From contig NMRA01000235.1 of the NCBI GenBank assembly GCA_002633005.1, positions 535,697 through 599,696 on the forward strand: a DNA stretch of 64,000 nt, written 5' to 3'. The position numbers were made by a program, and so were the translations under genes. Shown in pieces: positions 26,240 to 39,724 of the stretch (its first letter is position 1; the number at the start of each line of letters is the position of its first letter). This DNA comes from Phoronis australis (Eukaryota > Animalia > Phoronida). The notes under the pieces are model-generated. The model was not told where the DNA came from. It saw only the letters and a program-made list of their open reading frames with translations, and searched no databases.

Positions 26240-27820
26240 ATATCGTATAAAGTAAACAACTTCTAAATGGAATCAACGTGAAATTTTCCCATTTCGCAGA
26301 GAAGCTGTCATATACAGAGTTTTTATATGCAATTAATTGTTCAGTGCTCATAAATATATGTAAAAATTAGGTATATTTTTCTCTCGTGGTCATTGAAGAC
26401 TGAACAAATATGTTTACAAACCTTCCGATCTTTCCGTAAGTGAGTAGTTGCTAAAGACATGCAAACAGTAGACATTAACACTTTTAAATTTACTTTGAAA
26501 TAGACTTTTTGAAATCTTCTTAGAACGGAAACGACACCGTTATATTCTACAAAGTTGATTTTTACATCGAACCCATTTTTCATATGGTTAAAACTAACGA
26601 AGTCACGATCAGCGGCATACTTACTTGTATCTCTAATAAAGCATTTTACAAACCAGGGTTTATAAAAAAACACTTGTGGCTCCAATCGCAAGTTACTATT
26701 AAACCCCAAAGGTTGATTCAAAAAGTCTTCTTTAATTGCAACAATTCTTTCCTTTTAGAAATATGCCATACTTCCAATTACGTCGCGCCAACAGGAACTA
26801 CCAATTAGAGTTAACTTCGACTTCATAAAGTCATCTCCAAATGAAGCAAAACTTTTTAAGAGCGGGTATAGTGAATACAGTAATTCACCACTTTTAGTTG
26901 CAAGGTTTTCAAGATACATGTATCTACGGACCATGGCGAGTTTGAAAGCTTTGCTGAAATTATGCAAATTAACCATTTGAAGTCCCTCTTTACCAACTCC
27001 TAAACAGGCCGTGCTTCGTTAAATTTTATTTTAACGAGCCTGCCATACAAATCTAAAAAGTGTATTCTATTCATGCAAGACTTTTACTGGTGGATTTGGT
27101 AAACTTTGCAACAAGAATTAAGTTTAGAAATAGCTAAAGCTTTCATTGCATTTACTCTACACAACGGCGTTAAATTTCGTCGACACCAACTTCTTAATAA
27201 AAACTTAATCTCAGTTATTTTTGCAGTGAAGTTATTATATGTCATACTATCAAACTGAGTGTCAAAATCCAACCCCAAAATCTAAACGATTTTTTGTACA
27301 AGACAGGCTTTCTTTTGTAGGAATCAAGTCATCACTACCAGTATTACTTCCGAACCACATGGCTTTTGTTTTATCCACAGTCACATGGAGACCGGAGACA
27401 CTAGCAAACAAATATAATACATTCAATTTGCTAGTCAATGACACATTCCACCCATCCAACGTAATTGATGTGTCGTCCGCATATAGTGGAATCAAATATT
27501 CCTTATTTCCTGCAACTACACAAGCAATATTTTTATTATTCTTGATTAAATACGCAAAAATCTCCGCACACAATATGAAAATGTCGGGAGACAAAGGGTC
27601 ACATTGTTTTCAGCGAAATATTGAACCAGGAAGATGGCTTACCATTTACGACAACACAGGACTTAATGTTACTGTAAAAGACTTTCATACACCTTCTGAT
27701 ACACCAACCAAAATTAAGGAAAGCTAAAGTTTTTTGAACAAAATTCCTCGGCAATGAATCAAATGCTTTCTCAAAATGAAACAGTATTCTTGTGCCCTGT
27801 AACATTTTTATGGACTCCAC
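26240..27820 (-). mobile_element. Tx1/L1-clade LINE reverse transcriptase remnant
   Basis: FEKAFDSL...LAFLNFG...SCVVVNG, PLSPDIFILCAEI...LYADDT, and W.RRNLT..RVNAMKALAISKL, with multiple frameshifts. Confidence 0.9.
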
Positions 27821-27829
27821 AAATAAGCA

Positions 27830-28420
27830 ATGTGCAGAAAAAAATAAGCAGATTCTGTAGACAAAGTGTTCTTAAAAACAATAAGCATTTCTTGCCTTTT
27901 GAAACTTTGAAAACTGTATATACATGTAATAGTCATACCTTTAATTATTGCATTCTGCAATGGGAGTGGGATCGTCATAGAATATTCAAATTTCAGAAAC
28001 AGATTATTCGCACTGTCGCCTCTAGTTTTTTAGTGCCCTTACAGATCCTTTATACAGGACAACACAGATACTCAAAATTAAAGACTTGCATGTTCTTGCT
28101 ATTATCAAATTTTTCCACATATATGTTCATAATTACTCATTTTTATTTTTAACACGTTCAGTTAATAACCCGTGAATCTGTTCATGAACATAACAATAGG
28201 CAACGGCATCTTCTACAAACTCCTTGTACTAAATCATTCGCTGAACATTCAGTTTGCAATGCTTTACCTCATATTACTAATAACCTTTCTGAATGTGTTT
28301 GTCAACAATTTTAAACCCATTTGTTACCCTCTGTTATAAATTATGCTAAGAACGTTTGTTTTGAAAGTTAAGATTTTGAGTGCACTATTCCCAACTGCGT
28401 TGTACGTAACTATTTTGTAT
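27830..28420 (+). mobile_element. CR1/L2-group LINE 3' fragment
   Basis: KHFLPFETLKTVY...HTFNYCILQW...RIFKFQKQIIRTV is a typical ORF2 C-terminal motif of CR1-group LINEs. Confidence 0.7.
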
Positions 28421-28467
28421 ATACCCTCCTAGTCTTTTTACAAGTAGTTTTAAATTACATTATCACC

Positions 28468-29950
28468 TTATTTTTTAAAGTCCTTATCTTAAAATGCCAA
28501 TGTTTGTCCAATATCCGAAGACACTTATAAATAAAATCTTATTTTCGATACCCTTTCGTGATACTCTTTTCGCCTTTCGTGCCACAAGCGTTTTTTTACC
28601 TGTATTTGACCCTTCTCTGTGAGCCGATAATTACCAGCTGTCATATGTTATTTCCGTACCCACCTTTCCGACTCGTCAGTTCGAGAACTTGTCCTGAACG
28701 CTGCTATTTTTTCCTTGCAACTGAATGTGCTATCGCTTGCTCGAAGTCTTCATCACTTTGTTTTATCAGTAATATCGCGTGATTCGTTTGAATATACAGT
28801 GTATTTATAGTTCGTAGTTAGTGGTCGTTATTTTTTTTGGAATGTGCCGCGTATTTTTGTTTATTGTGTTAAAATAGCATTGGTGTTTACTTCCTGTTAT
28901 GGAGGGCGGTCGAACATTTTTTTTTCGTTTTGAATTTTGTTCGTCTTGAAAACGTAAGTTGCTGCCGTCGGAAAGATATTGCATTAAACTCAGTAAAAAT
29001 CGGGGCAAGCAGTGCAAAGTTATTTCATTTTTTGTGGCGAATTTTTTTTCCATTTGTTTGGATCTGGTCGGCCGTCTTGGAGGACAGCGGGATACGTTAC
29101 GAGTTGGAAACTTGTGTAAATTGTTTTCGCCAACAATTTACCTTGAAATTTAATGAGCCATATCTTTACTTACTATGCTGCACGATTCAACAGTTTTCAT
29201 CAAATTNCAAATTATTTTTTAAAGTCCTTATCTTAAAATGCCAATGTTTGTCCAATATCCGAAAACACTTATAAATAAAATCTTATTTTCGATACCCTTT
29301 CGTTATATTCTTTTCGCCTTTCGTGCCACAAGCGTTTTTTTACCTGTATTTGACCCTTCTCTGTGAGCCGATAATTACCAGCTGTCATATGTTATTTCCG
29401 TACCCACATTTCCGACTCGTCAGTTCGAGAACTTGTCCTGAACGCTGCTATTTTTTCCTTGCAACTGAATGTGCTATCGCTTGCTCGAAGTCTTCATCAC
29501 TTTGTTTTATCAGTAATATCGCGTGATTCGTTTGAATATACAGTGTATTTATAATTCGTAGTTAGTGGTCGTTATTTTTTTTGGAATGTGCCGCGTATTT
29601 TTGTTTATTGTGTTAAAATAGCATTGGTGTTTACTTCCTGTTATGGAGGGCGGTCGAACATTTTTTTTTCGTTTTGAATTTTGTTCGTCTTGAAAACGTA
29701 AGTTGCTGCCGTCGGAAAGATATTGCATTAAACTCAGTAAAAATCGGGGCAAGCAGTGCAAAGTTATTTCATTTTTTGTGGCGAATTTTTTTTCCATTTG
29801 TTTGGATCTGGTCGGCCGTCTTGGAGGACAGCGGGATACGTTACAAGTTGGAAACTTGTGTAAATTGTTTTCGCCAACAATTTACCTTGAAATTTAATGA
29901 GCCATATCTTTACTTACTATACTGCACGATTCAACAGTTTTCATCAAATT
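28468..29950. repeat. Near-identical direct duplication with a 744-bp offset, joined at an N (29207)
   Basis: 28468-29206 versus 29212-29950 differ by a few substitutions. Identical ORF translations are offset by 744. Confidence 0.95.
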
Positions 29951-30899
29951 TCAGCCTCGCAGTTGTTACTTATTTCAAAAGTGATAAATGTGCTCACAAT
30001 TCCCGTCTCATTTCCAGCTCCACCGACAACATGTCGGCTTTTGCTGAAATGAAAGGCATGTTCAACCGGCTACTTTGTAGATAGTGAAGACTTAATGTTG
30101 ATAAATTTTGACGAACTTTTCTACAAAAAAGAACTTTGTTCAATTTTTGATTTTTTGTGCAAAAATTTAACGGTAAGGTACGCGTATATTCGACTTATTT
30201 TAAGGTGAAGTTCCCATTCAGGTGATTTTACACTAAGCCAAAAAATAGTACTGTTGAAATAATTTTGAATTGTTTTTTTGTTTGACTGGAAGGCTAGCTA
30301 ACCTAAGGGCAGCCGCAGCATTGTGACATAGGACTAACCAGCCCGTAATTTCATGCAAGTGTCTGCAACTACCTTTGTATGCATACAGCATTTATGATGT
30401 GAACCTTTTACTTCGACAAAACAGCTTGCAAACGCATGCGTTTACCGTTCGCCATTGTCTGGTCTCGCTCGCCACCGGGTGCGATCGGCTGCATGACCGA
30501 GTCCGGCAAATTAATTTTTGTCCAAATTTACACGCCACATTTCGTCAGCAAATTCGACAAAATTGTCCGTATTTTGATTTTATTAACGTTAAGGCGCGCT
30601 GTCGATTATTTTATCCAATTTTGCAGGGTGGTCACAGACACTGCACCAGTCGCACAGACGGCTTATACTAAGCCTGGGTTCCTGAATGAATTGTACTTCA
30701 GGGTTCGCGGTAACTTCAAAATAGCGGTGTGTTCGTCGAGTCCGAATCGTGAGTGGCGCGTTTACTTAAATTTATTTGATTACGAATTATGTATTAGTTA
30801 AGGGTTGGATACTTCTTGTATCTCTATAATATCCTCTAACCATGTAATAAGCTCTAACAACGTGTGCTTCTTGGACTTTAATTCTGTTTATCTGTATGA

Positions 30900-31045
30900 T
30901 TGTATTTTGTTGTTATTTATCTGGTGGCTCCGTGGTCAGCTGACCATTTTTCACGGAGTCTCCATAAGCGTTAACTTTTAGTAACTGTATTTTAACAAGA
31001 ATGAAATGTACTACCACTACCACTACCGCTACTACTGCTAATATG
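30900..31045 (+). mobile_element. LINE/SINE 3' end (stem-loop plus TAC-repeat tail)
   Basis: Hairpin ggctccgtg...cacggagtc followed by a (tac/cac)n tail. Confidence 0.45.
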
Positions 31046-31461
31046 TAGCAAGGTATCACACTACTTTGTGTACCGTACTAACAAAAAGTAAGAGGATACA
31101 TGTACAGATAGGTATGACGATAAGGCAAGTAACTATCACACAGCAGCAGACTCACACGTGTTGTAGTTGCATCGGTCTTATTAGGCAGTATTGTTTGAGG
31201 GCACTTAATTGACGCGGTGTGCTTATACAATGTACATGTAGTTACAGAATGTCAAGATAATGCCCGTTTTGAAAAATGGGAGCGTTCAACATCGTTAGTG
31301 GCATGCAAAATCATGCGCGGAAAAGGCATGTGTTTGCCACACGGGGGCGTGAGCCTTTATTAATCACTGAAGTGATTAGTCATCGTTAAAATATGGGATT
31401 TGAATAATGAATTCTGGTATTGAATTCACTTATCTGTGTGCCATAAACGGAGTTTTCTTAC

Positions 31462-31554
31462 CGCCAGTGTACGAGTATTACCGTCTGCTGAACGATCCCC
31501 AAACTACCTGACTGCATTACACGAGTTTTGGTGCATAACAGATTTGCAGATTTC
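31462..31554 (-). CDS. Candidate downstream exon (93 nt, phase 2-2) of the Ser/Thr-repeat gene
   Basis: ctttcctggcag|g KSANLLCTKTRVMQSGSLGIVQQTVILVHW cg|gtaag. The frame is open and phase-compatible, but I recognise no homology. Confidence 0.3.
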
Positions 31555-32955
31555 CTGCCAGGAAAGTTTCAAAATGTTTTAGAACTATAAATGCCGAGGC
31601 ACGAGCCAGTGAGAGTCAGTGTGAGAGGCAGTTACATAATGCGCAATTACAGTGTGAACATACATTAAGCCAATTATATCCAAAAGCAAGACGCCCCAAT
31701 ATTTATCGAATTCATAAACTCGTTTCTGATATGTCCATCGCAAATGAGAAAATGAGACTTTTCACGTACCTGGATGGCGCATTTGAACACACATTACCCA
31801 GTTCTTAGAGTAATATTGTATACGTACGGTGGATATAAATAAAATTATGAACACCAACCACTATCATTGCACAAACAGCCATTAGTTACGGTCAGTGTGT
31901 ACATGTATTTTTATGACAGGGAATATATGCGACAAACAGAATACACCTTATGTACAACAGACGGTTACGATAGCGCTGATGTGGGATGACAGTGCAACAA
32001 ACCTGTTCCTAAAGATGCTGGTCGATGTGCCATTGACTCCAATAGGTGAAACAGAGCAATTGTCAACAAAAGTACCTCGGATATCTGCAACATCAAAATA
32101 TACATGTACAACCAGGTATGTTTACACGTAAGAAGTTTCTTTTCCAATATGTTTTCACGAGTACAAATCTGCACCCCACAGATATTTAAATCAAAAGTTA
32201 ACAAGCCTAAATTGATAAATCGAAAGGTTTTCCAAAATAATGTGCATATAGCAAAATTGAAGGAGCAGTCTTTTAAATGTACGAACAACGAGTCTTAGAG
32301 AGCTTGCTTCAAGAGGTCCACTTACGTTCCGTTTTAGTAAATTCTATCTGAAGTTTCACTGGACTGAGTTGGAAGCAATGTTTAATTATTTCATTTGTTT
32401 TCCCGTCGACCAATGCCATTTCTAAAGTGTTAGAATTTGGACTGAAAAATAAGAAACAAGACTCAATCTAAACATGTGTCTAGTGAGCACACAATTAATC
32501 ATATCAACATTCGCGTTGTGACACTGCTAGCTCAACCATTCAATGCATTCTTTGGTAGGGTAATCAATTTCACTCTGTATAAAGCGGGAGACAGGTTAAA
32601 GATCGGTGGCAATTACATCTCGGTTCTAAGTGATCCCCAGACAAAATAATCTGGAAATAAATGCAGCCCGTAATGACAGAAAGTAGCCAAAAACCAGCAT
32701 CAGTCTACTACCTAACGATGACTGATGTTCACGACCGTTACTCTGTGTTGCCTAACATCTTCTTGTTCGCCGAATTAACAATGTCAATGGCCATTACAGA
32801 ATGACACCACGTGATGAGATTCTCTTGACCTGCTGTTAGACGGTTCAGCTTCACGATCACCTAGTTCCTCTTTTGCCATCAGTATCAGGAAGATAGAGCT
32901 CAAGACACTGACCCCAAATTACCAAAGTGTTTCATAATCACATCACATGACTTAT

Positions 32956-33044
32956 TAAGCAGTCACTATTGTGGTGGGTACAGCTCCAACAAGCTGGGGA
33001 GGGTGTTAACCAATGCTTCCCATTACAATTTATTCAGGATGACA
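32956..33044 (-). pseudogene. Decayed copy of the Ser/Thr-repeat exon
   Basis: The tacag acceptor is kept, the donor is mutated to ataagt, and the length is 89 nt. The flanking intron is homologous to those of the other units. Confidence 0.45.
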
Positions 33045-33387
33045 CTGTAGTATAAAGCTGTTGTTTCATTGTTTGGCTTTCTTCCATCCCAGGTCACCAT
33101 GCAAACGCCAATTATCAACCACACTGAATAAAAACATTTATATCGTTGTCATTGTCTCAGGGACAGACATCACTGCACATTGGACAGGTTCACAAGTGCA
33201 AACAGTTATATCAACACGCATATAGTCAAAACTGGTGTCCGGAAATAAAAGCCCAAAGCAGCATTTTGGCTAATTTTATTGCATTTCTGCCGCAAAGGAA
33301 GTAACCTACGGCAATTTTTCATTAGGAAATCAATTTCAGAAGCCAAACACAAGTCGTAATCACAGATTTATGTAATTGGCATTTAAA

Positions 33388-33391
<4 letters not shown>

Positions 33392-33451
<60 letters not shown>
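33392..33451. repeat. (CT)n microsatellite
   Basis: Visible dinucleotide run. Confidence 0.95.
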
Positions 33452-33454
<3 letters not shown>

Positions 33455-33887
33455 CCCTCTTGGAGCAACGACAGGGACTGATACAATATAATGAACGTGT
33501 TGTTATGAAGGGCAACTCAAAATCAAACAGCACCACATTGTACCCCAACAATATTACCGTTGTCATATTTTGTGTGTACACCGTCCCCCAATGTCTTCGT
33601 TCAACTTAAGAATGAACGAACGCGACTCTCAGACGTTTCGCATCCGTTTCTCAATTTTCAGTATGCAAGCCATCACAAAACAACTGAACCCACTCCTGCC
33701 AAACCAGGTTTTGAAAACTCTAACCACACCTTCATAGAAATTACTATTATCAAAGAAAGAACATTCAAATGAACACGGTCATATTGATATGACTTTGGCT
33801 TCCTCCAAGCCAAGCTGCTGCATGATCGACCTCAAGTCACTGGCCACTATATATCAAACTGTTTCAAAGCCAAATTAAGACACTTGC

Positions 33888-33974
33888 ATGGCAAAAGTTG
33901 TGGAGGACGTAGCTTCCATACTACCTGATGAGGTAGTTGACCTATTTTTAGTAACCGTCCGTCTCACAGATGTC
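33888..33974 (-). CDS. Ser/Thr-rich mucin-like repeat exon (87 nt, phase 2-2, GC donor)
   Basis: tttctttttag|g TSVRRTVTKNRSTTSSGSMEATSSTTFA at|gcaagt. Confidence 0.6.
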
Positions 33975-34715
33975 CTAAAAAGAAAGACATCTTTCAAAAC
34001 AATGTTGGAGCCACTAGAATGATTGGCACACTCTAATGAAGCTGAAATACCAAAGGACACCCCAACAAAAGGAAGAGCGCGGGGTACCTGAATGGCATTG
34101 AAAACCAAGCCGGTCTCGAAGTATTCGTCAGTATACTACTCTCAAATGACTTCGCTCAATTCACTCAAAACACGAAGCAAATCTGAGACCGTTCGCATTC
34201 CTAGAATCACGTGTGACTGTATGAAACCACCAAATAAGAAAACTTCAATGAAACAGCAACAACACTCGAAATATCTACAAAAAACTTGATTGCAACATTC
34301 CGTCCCCGATAAATTGGCAACAAATACAAGTCGCCAGCTGTTTACCAAAGAACACAAAGCGACAGAAAACAGAACATGTCCAAACATTCAAACTATGGGC
34401 AGACATTCACTAGGTTTATACACAGCTCTTGGTCAGATTAAATAATTGATTATAGGGTACATCAAACTTAATACCAGCATAAAAAGGGCTCCAGTTAAAA
34501 TTATAGTCGATAAAAGCGGAATGTTTTTGCATGCATTGGGTGTAATTAAACACTTAAAGAATGATACCAAATGATGTCCTTGAACGCTACTCGTTCAAAC
34601 ATGCTGTATACTGACCATTGTTAATTACCGTCATTAATATTGTGACAGAGATCAAATGTCTGGGCACGATATATCAAAGTACACGTACGTCAAAACCACG
34701 TATAAGTTGACTTAC

Positions 34716-34799
34716 ATGTCCTCGGTTGAGGTGACTGTAGGTCCATTATCTGAGGAGGAAGTTGACTTACTTTTTGTACCGATAGTTCTCAAAGTTATC
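34716..34799 (-). CDS. Ser/Thr-rich mucin-like repeat exon (84 nt, phase 2-2)
   Basis: tttcttgacag|g ITLRTIGTKSKSTSSSDNGPTVTSTED at|gtaagt. Confidence 0.7.
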
Positions 34800-35098
34800 C
34801 TGTCAAGAAATGCATATTTCTAAACCTTGTCGAGGCAACTACAGCTACTGGTATTATCAAATGAAGGCGTTTTCATCATGGGACACTCCGACCCCAGGAG
34901 TAGCGCTTTGTACCTGAATGACATGCCAGACCAAAATGATTTCGAATTATGTGTAAGTATAAACTGTTCCCGTTTCCGTGTCAACTTAGGCATTAAAAAC
35001 AAGCTCCAAATAAATAAATCGACCCTGACAAATCAACTTTTGCAACCGGTTATCACTAGTTTTAGCAACTACATTTGAATTCAAAGAGAAGAGACTAC

Positions 35099-36035
35099 AA
35101 CAAGAAAGATTATTGTCACGGCGTGACAATTATGGACTCTGCGCATGCGTATTAAAGGATATGTTATGAGAAGTTACTGACAGCATCCCGTTTACCAATA
35201 TGAAAAGGAATTCTTTAATATTGTAGGAGAAATTACATGCTAATATTTCGATGACCTTCCCACTAATTGACATCTTTCAGTGCATTAGGAGTCCCGATGA
35301 GGGCATAACTGTAATCTCGATTAAAAGTGTGGTTAACGCCAAGAATCACAAACATTTACTTTAAGCGCTTCAGAATACATATTTGCCGGAATGCACTCCT
35401 TGACCCGTTTCGAGTCAATCCGGTGCATTTTGAGCCAAACCCATATGAGCAATAGAATTTGATTTGTAAACGCTCTCCCTAATGCTTCATTTAAATACAG
35501 TACAAGCTGATAGAAAAAGTCTTAAATTTAACAGAAAACTTCACTTAATGACCCCAAAGATGCATCTAACGACCCCAAAGTTTGTGAGGGAGTTTCATTT
35601 ATGAATGTTAATAATATGCATGGTTATGGAAGGTCTAGCTAAAAAATTAGTTTTGCACTTAATGACCTTTGACCCCGAAACTCGGTTTCCATGGTCCGAT
35701 TCAAAGTCCAAGTAAATTTTGGTAGCAAATCTCTAGTGCCTACTTGTCAACAAAATTCCAAGAGTCCATCTAAGAACCTGTACAAGGAGAAGCAATTTGA
35801 AGGAGTGCACCCCTTGACCCATTTCGGGTCATTCCGGTGCATTTTGGATCAAAAATGTATCATCAACAGAAATCCCTTGATTATCGTATTGACCACAGCG
35901 AATATGATCGTTGTAAGTGAATCGATGTAACAGCAATAACAATCTGAAAAGCAAGGAAGAATAAGAAGAAGAATATGAATACGAAGATAAAATACGTAGG
36001 ACAGCAAAAATCTGCGCTTGCACGCGCAGAGTAAT
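35099..36035 (+). mobile_element. Single Helentron/HINE-like element with both ends
   Basis: The 5' end aacaagaaagattattgtcacggcgtgacaa..actctgcgc matches the start at 12641, and the internal subrepeat is the same. The 3' end has a GAA-rich run, then the hairpin ctgcgcttgcacgcgcag, and gcgcagagt inverted to the 5' actctgcgc. Confidence 0.75.
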
Positions 36036-37074
36036 GAAAATTGTCTAATCAAATTGAATTCATTTCCTAATAGTCAAGTGGGTAAACATTCGTACCCATC
36101 GAATCACATGCGAAAGTGTGAAACTGTTAAAAGAAAGACGTCAACGAAACAACGGCAACATTCGCCGTCTTTGCAACAAACTTGACTAAAATAGTCCCTC
36201 CACGATAAAACGGTAACGATAAGAGCAAACCGACTGTTTTTTTGTAAAGAACCCAAGGGAAAAACAGATTACAGAACTAGTACAATGTACACATTTTCGA
36301 AATATTGTCCGATATTTACTAGACTTACACAAAGCTTTAGATAAGGTAAAATAATCGCCTTGTGTGCACCGAAATCTTGACATCAATAGCAAAATAGCTT
36401 CAGTCGGATAACTTGCTAATAGCCGAATGCTTGTTACGTACCTTTGTTGTAATTAGGCCTTAAAAACACTTCGCAGTAGCGGCCGTTACAAAATGTCACC
36501 AATTCATGTTCTTGACCGTTTCTCATTTCAGACTTACTGAATCTTGGGCATTGGCCTTCGCTATCATCAAGAATATGATGGAGGCCAAATCTCTGGGCAC
36601 TAGATATCCAAGCACTTCAAAACCACATGTGAAGAGTCTTACATGTCGATCCGGAAAACCTTGGTGCCGATAGAATCACATACTACTGTGTAAAGTCACC
36701 AAATTAGACAGACGTCAATTAAACAGCCTCAACGCTAGACGTCTCTTCAACAAACTTGACCACAACAATCCCTCCGCATTAAAACGATAACTTTAAGAAC
36801 AAGCCGACTGTGGTTTACCAAAAAATTCAAGAGATGATTAGAGAATATATCTTGAATGTTAACACATTGGAACTCTGAACAGACATTTTTCAGATTTCCC
36901 CACAGCTCTTGCTAAGATTAAATAATTACTTTTTGGGAACATCAAATTTGATACCAGTAGCAAAACACCTTTAGTTGATTCAGATGCTAATAACGGAATG
37001 TTTGTTGGATACATTTGGTGTAATTGACCGTAGGAAACAGTGTGAGGCAGCGCCTATTACAGAATGACACCAAG

Positions 37075-38549
37075 TATGACCCAGCACCACAAAATGAGTC
37101 TAAAGTAAGGATTTCTCTTTTTTCTGAAAATACAGTACCTTCGGATAATTTTAATGTATGAAACATGTTCTCATTTTAACAAATGGCAGAGTTAATGCCA
37201 TTTCTAGTCGAATAAAGCAAACATTTAGAGCTTACAAAACTAAAGGAAAATGGCAGAGAATAAGGGCTGATAGTGCTTTTAAAGTTCCCATAGCAACTTG
37301 CAATTGAGTGTTACGTTGTAGGATTATTAGTATAAAAAACAACACAAAGATATAAAAGATATCAAAAATTAGAAAAAAATGATGCCCTTATTACGTAATT
37401 TCGGCCTAAAAGAAGTGATATTCATGTTAGGTTACTGCAACTAGGTCAATATTTTTTTCAGTTAATGTATACAGGATCAGGACACTTGTGGCAGCAGGGG
37501 TTACCGCAAGTAAAACAAGGCAGATAAAACGTATTTTGGAGAAGTTTAATAAAATAAAGTTCTCTCGATTACAAAATACGCATTAGTGGCTGACGTTTGT
37601 TCACAATAATTCAACATTTTACGCTAGTATAAATAATTTTGAAAATAAATGACAATCACCAAACCCCATCAGTGTTCTTCGCTGTCAACTGCAGAGCAAC
37701 GATTTTCTCGACATCACGCTGCATTGTGCAGCACTGTCGAAGTTTGTTCTCTCTTGCAGTAATTTTCAGTTGCTTGCACCCCGATCCACTGGCTTTGCAG
37801 GAACGAGGCATTACCCTGTGAGTAAGCTAATCCAGGCACTTCTTCTTCACGTTATGATTGTTCCAATCCAACGTAACCGTAATCCTAATGGGTCCATCAA
37901 TAATTTCATCTTGCGACGAGTTGCTGTCACGAAATTCGTCGTTGTGTGCTCTTCGATGAGTTCAGTTAATTTTCTCTGATCGTGATACTGCAGTCAGCGG
38001 AAAGATTTAATCAGATATCAGCTACACGCAATCAGCCATCTTACTGTCTTGTCAACATGCCATGACCACGCGACCCCAAAATTTTACGGCCACTTGACTA
38101 GTTCTAGAGAGTGAAGTCAGCGATGTATTAGGTCAAGGATGTTAAAAGGTCGTTGCTAGCTAAAAGACTGGTGACTGGCACTTCTATTGAATTTACCCCG
38201 AATGCAAGGACTGAAATTACGACTTAACTCAAAGAGCTTACTACAGTGTACATGCATAATGAGCAAAATTTGACCTTTCTCTTCTTTACAAGTGAATTGG
38301 GTCATCGGTTGACAGCAATGTGGTCACCAAACCGGCAAATTGTGATGAAAATCTTATGAGATATCCAGTCGTGAAGAAGGTGATGTTCTTCAAAATGAAA
38401 TAAATAACGTTTAAAATGCTTGTTTTAAAACAACGTTTTGTGAAGTAGAAAGAAATGTTGACCTATTGTTTTACGGAAAGCGACTATTTGCAGTCTGGTC
38501 AAGAAATACAGTTTCCGACTTAAGACTCATTTTGTCGTGCTGGGTCACA
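37075..38549. mobile_element. Non-autonomous DNA transposon with TIRs of about 33 bp
   Basis: gacccagcaccacaaaatgagtctaaagt versus the reverse complement of acttaagactcattttgtcgtgctgggtcaca. It interrupts an exon-intron repeat unit that resumes after 38550. Confidence 0.8.
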
Positions 38550-38657
38550 AAAAAGGTTCCTGGACCATGGTACATTGCCATCGTTAATAGTATGAACGAA
38601 GTTAAATCTCTTGGCAAGAATCATAGAGGTAATTTAAAACCATAGAAGTACACTTAC

Positions 38658-38743
38658 ATGGTCTTGGATGTGGTGGGTATAGGTCCGCCATTGGCTGAGC
38701 TGAAGTTGTCATACTTTCTGTACCGACCGTTATCACAGATATC
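38658..38743 (-). pseudogene. Ser/Thr-repeat pseudo-exon (86 nt)
   Basis: ISVITVGTESMTTS / SANGGPIPTTSKT with a 1-nt deletion. The acceptor tag is mutated to taa and the donor gtaagt is intact. Confidence 0.65.
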
Positions 38744-39640
38744 TTATAACGAAATGCATTGTTCAAAACCCTCTTTAACCAACGACAGGGACTGGCACAA
38801 TTTAATGAAAGTGTTGTTATCAATAAACTTTCCAACTCAAGAATCAGCACGTTTTCTCCGAAGGAAATTTAAACCAAGCTGTTCGAAACTTGTTTGTTTG
38901 TATACTCCTCTCCAATCACAACACGAATCTCAGACATTTCACTTCATGTATAGAGTGTTACATTACCAATATTCTCGAAAAATTGATTCCACTTCTGGCA
39001 AACCAGGTATTGAAAAACTTATATCAACATTTTATAGAAACTACACTCTGATTCAAGGAAGAGCGACCAAAGGAATCTTGTTTCATTTATATGATTTTGA
39101 GTTCATCCTAGTCACGCCGGAATCACATGCCACTTTGTAAAGTCGCTCAATCAGGTAGACCTCAACGAAATAACCTCAACAGTCGCCTTCTGTAGCAAAC
39201 TTGATTAAAACATTCCCACCTAGATAAAACGTAACGATAAGAACAAACTGACCGCGGATTTGCAAAGGACTAATGGGAAGATCAAAGAACAGAACTTGTC
39301 TTAACTCTTGAACTTTTACCCGAGATTTACTACGTTTACCGCAGCTCTTGGTCTTATTAAACAATTTTTGGAGTACACAAATACATTGGCTTCAGTGGAA
39401 TGAGCCTCTTATAGCGGAATGATCGTTGCATACATTTGGTGTAATAAAACCTTAAAAATCAATTTGCAGCTGCGGCGATTACAGAATGACACCAAGTAAT
39501 CTACTTGAACATTGCCCAGTTCAGACCTACTTTTTTCTGCCTATTGTTCATTACCACCATTAACTGTGCCATCGAGGGCAGATCTCTGGACATGGTATAT
39601 CAAGGCAAAGAACATCAAAGCCACATATGAGCAGTCTTAC

Positions 39641-39724
39641 ATGTCTTCGGTTGTGGTGATTACAGGTCCATTATCGGAGGAAGAAGTTGACCTACTTTCT
39701 GTACCGATCTTTTTCAAAGATGTC
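39641..39724 (-). CDS. Ser/Thr-rich mucin-like repeat exon (84 nt, phase 2-2)
   Basis: tttccttatag|g TSLKKIGTESRSTSSSDNGPVITTTED at|gtaaga. Confidence 0.7.

Noticed and set aside
28470-28800. Possible Sola-like transposase N-terminus on the minus strand
   Set aside because: Only vague basic/Cys similarity that needs several frameshifts.
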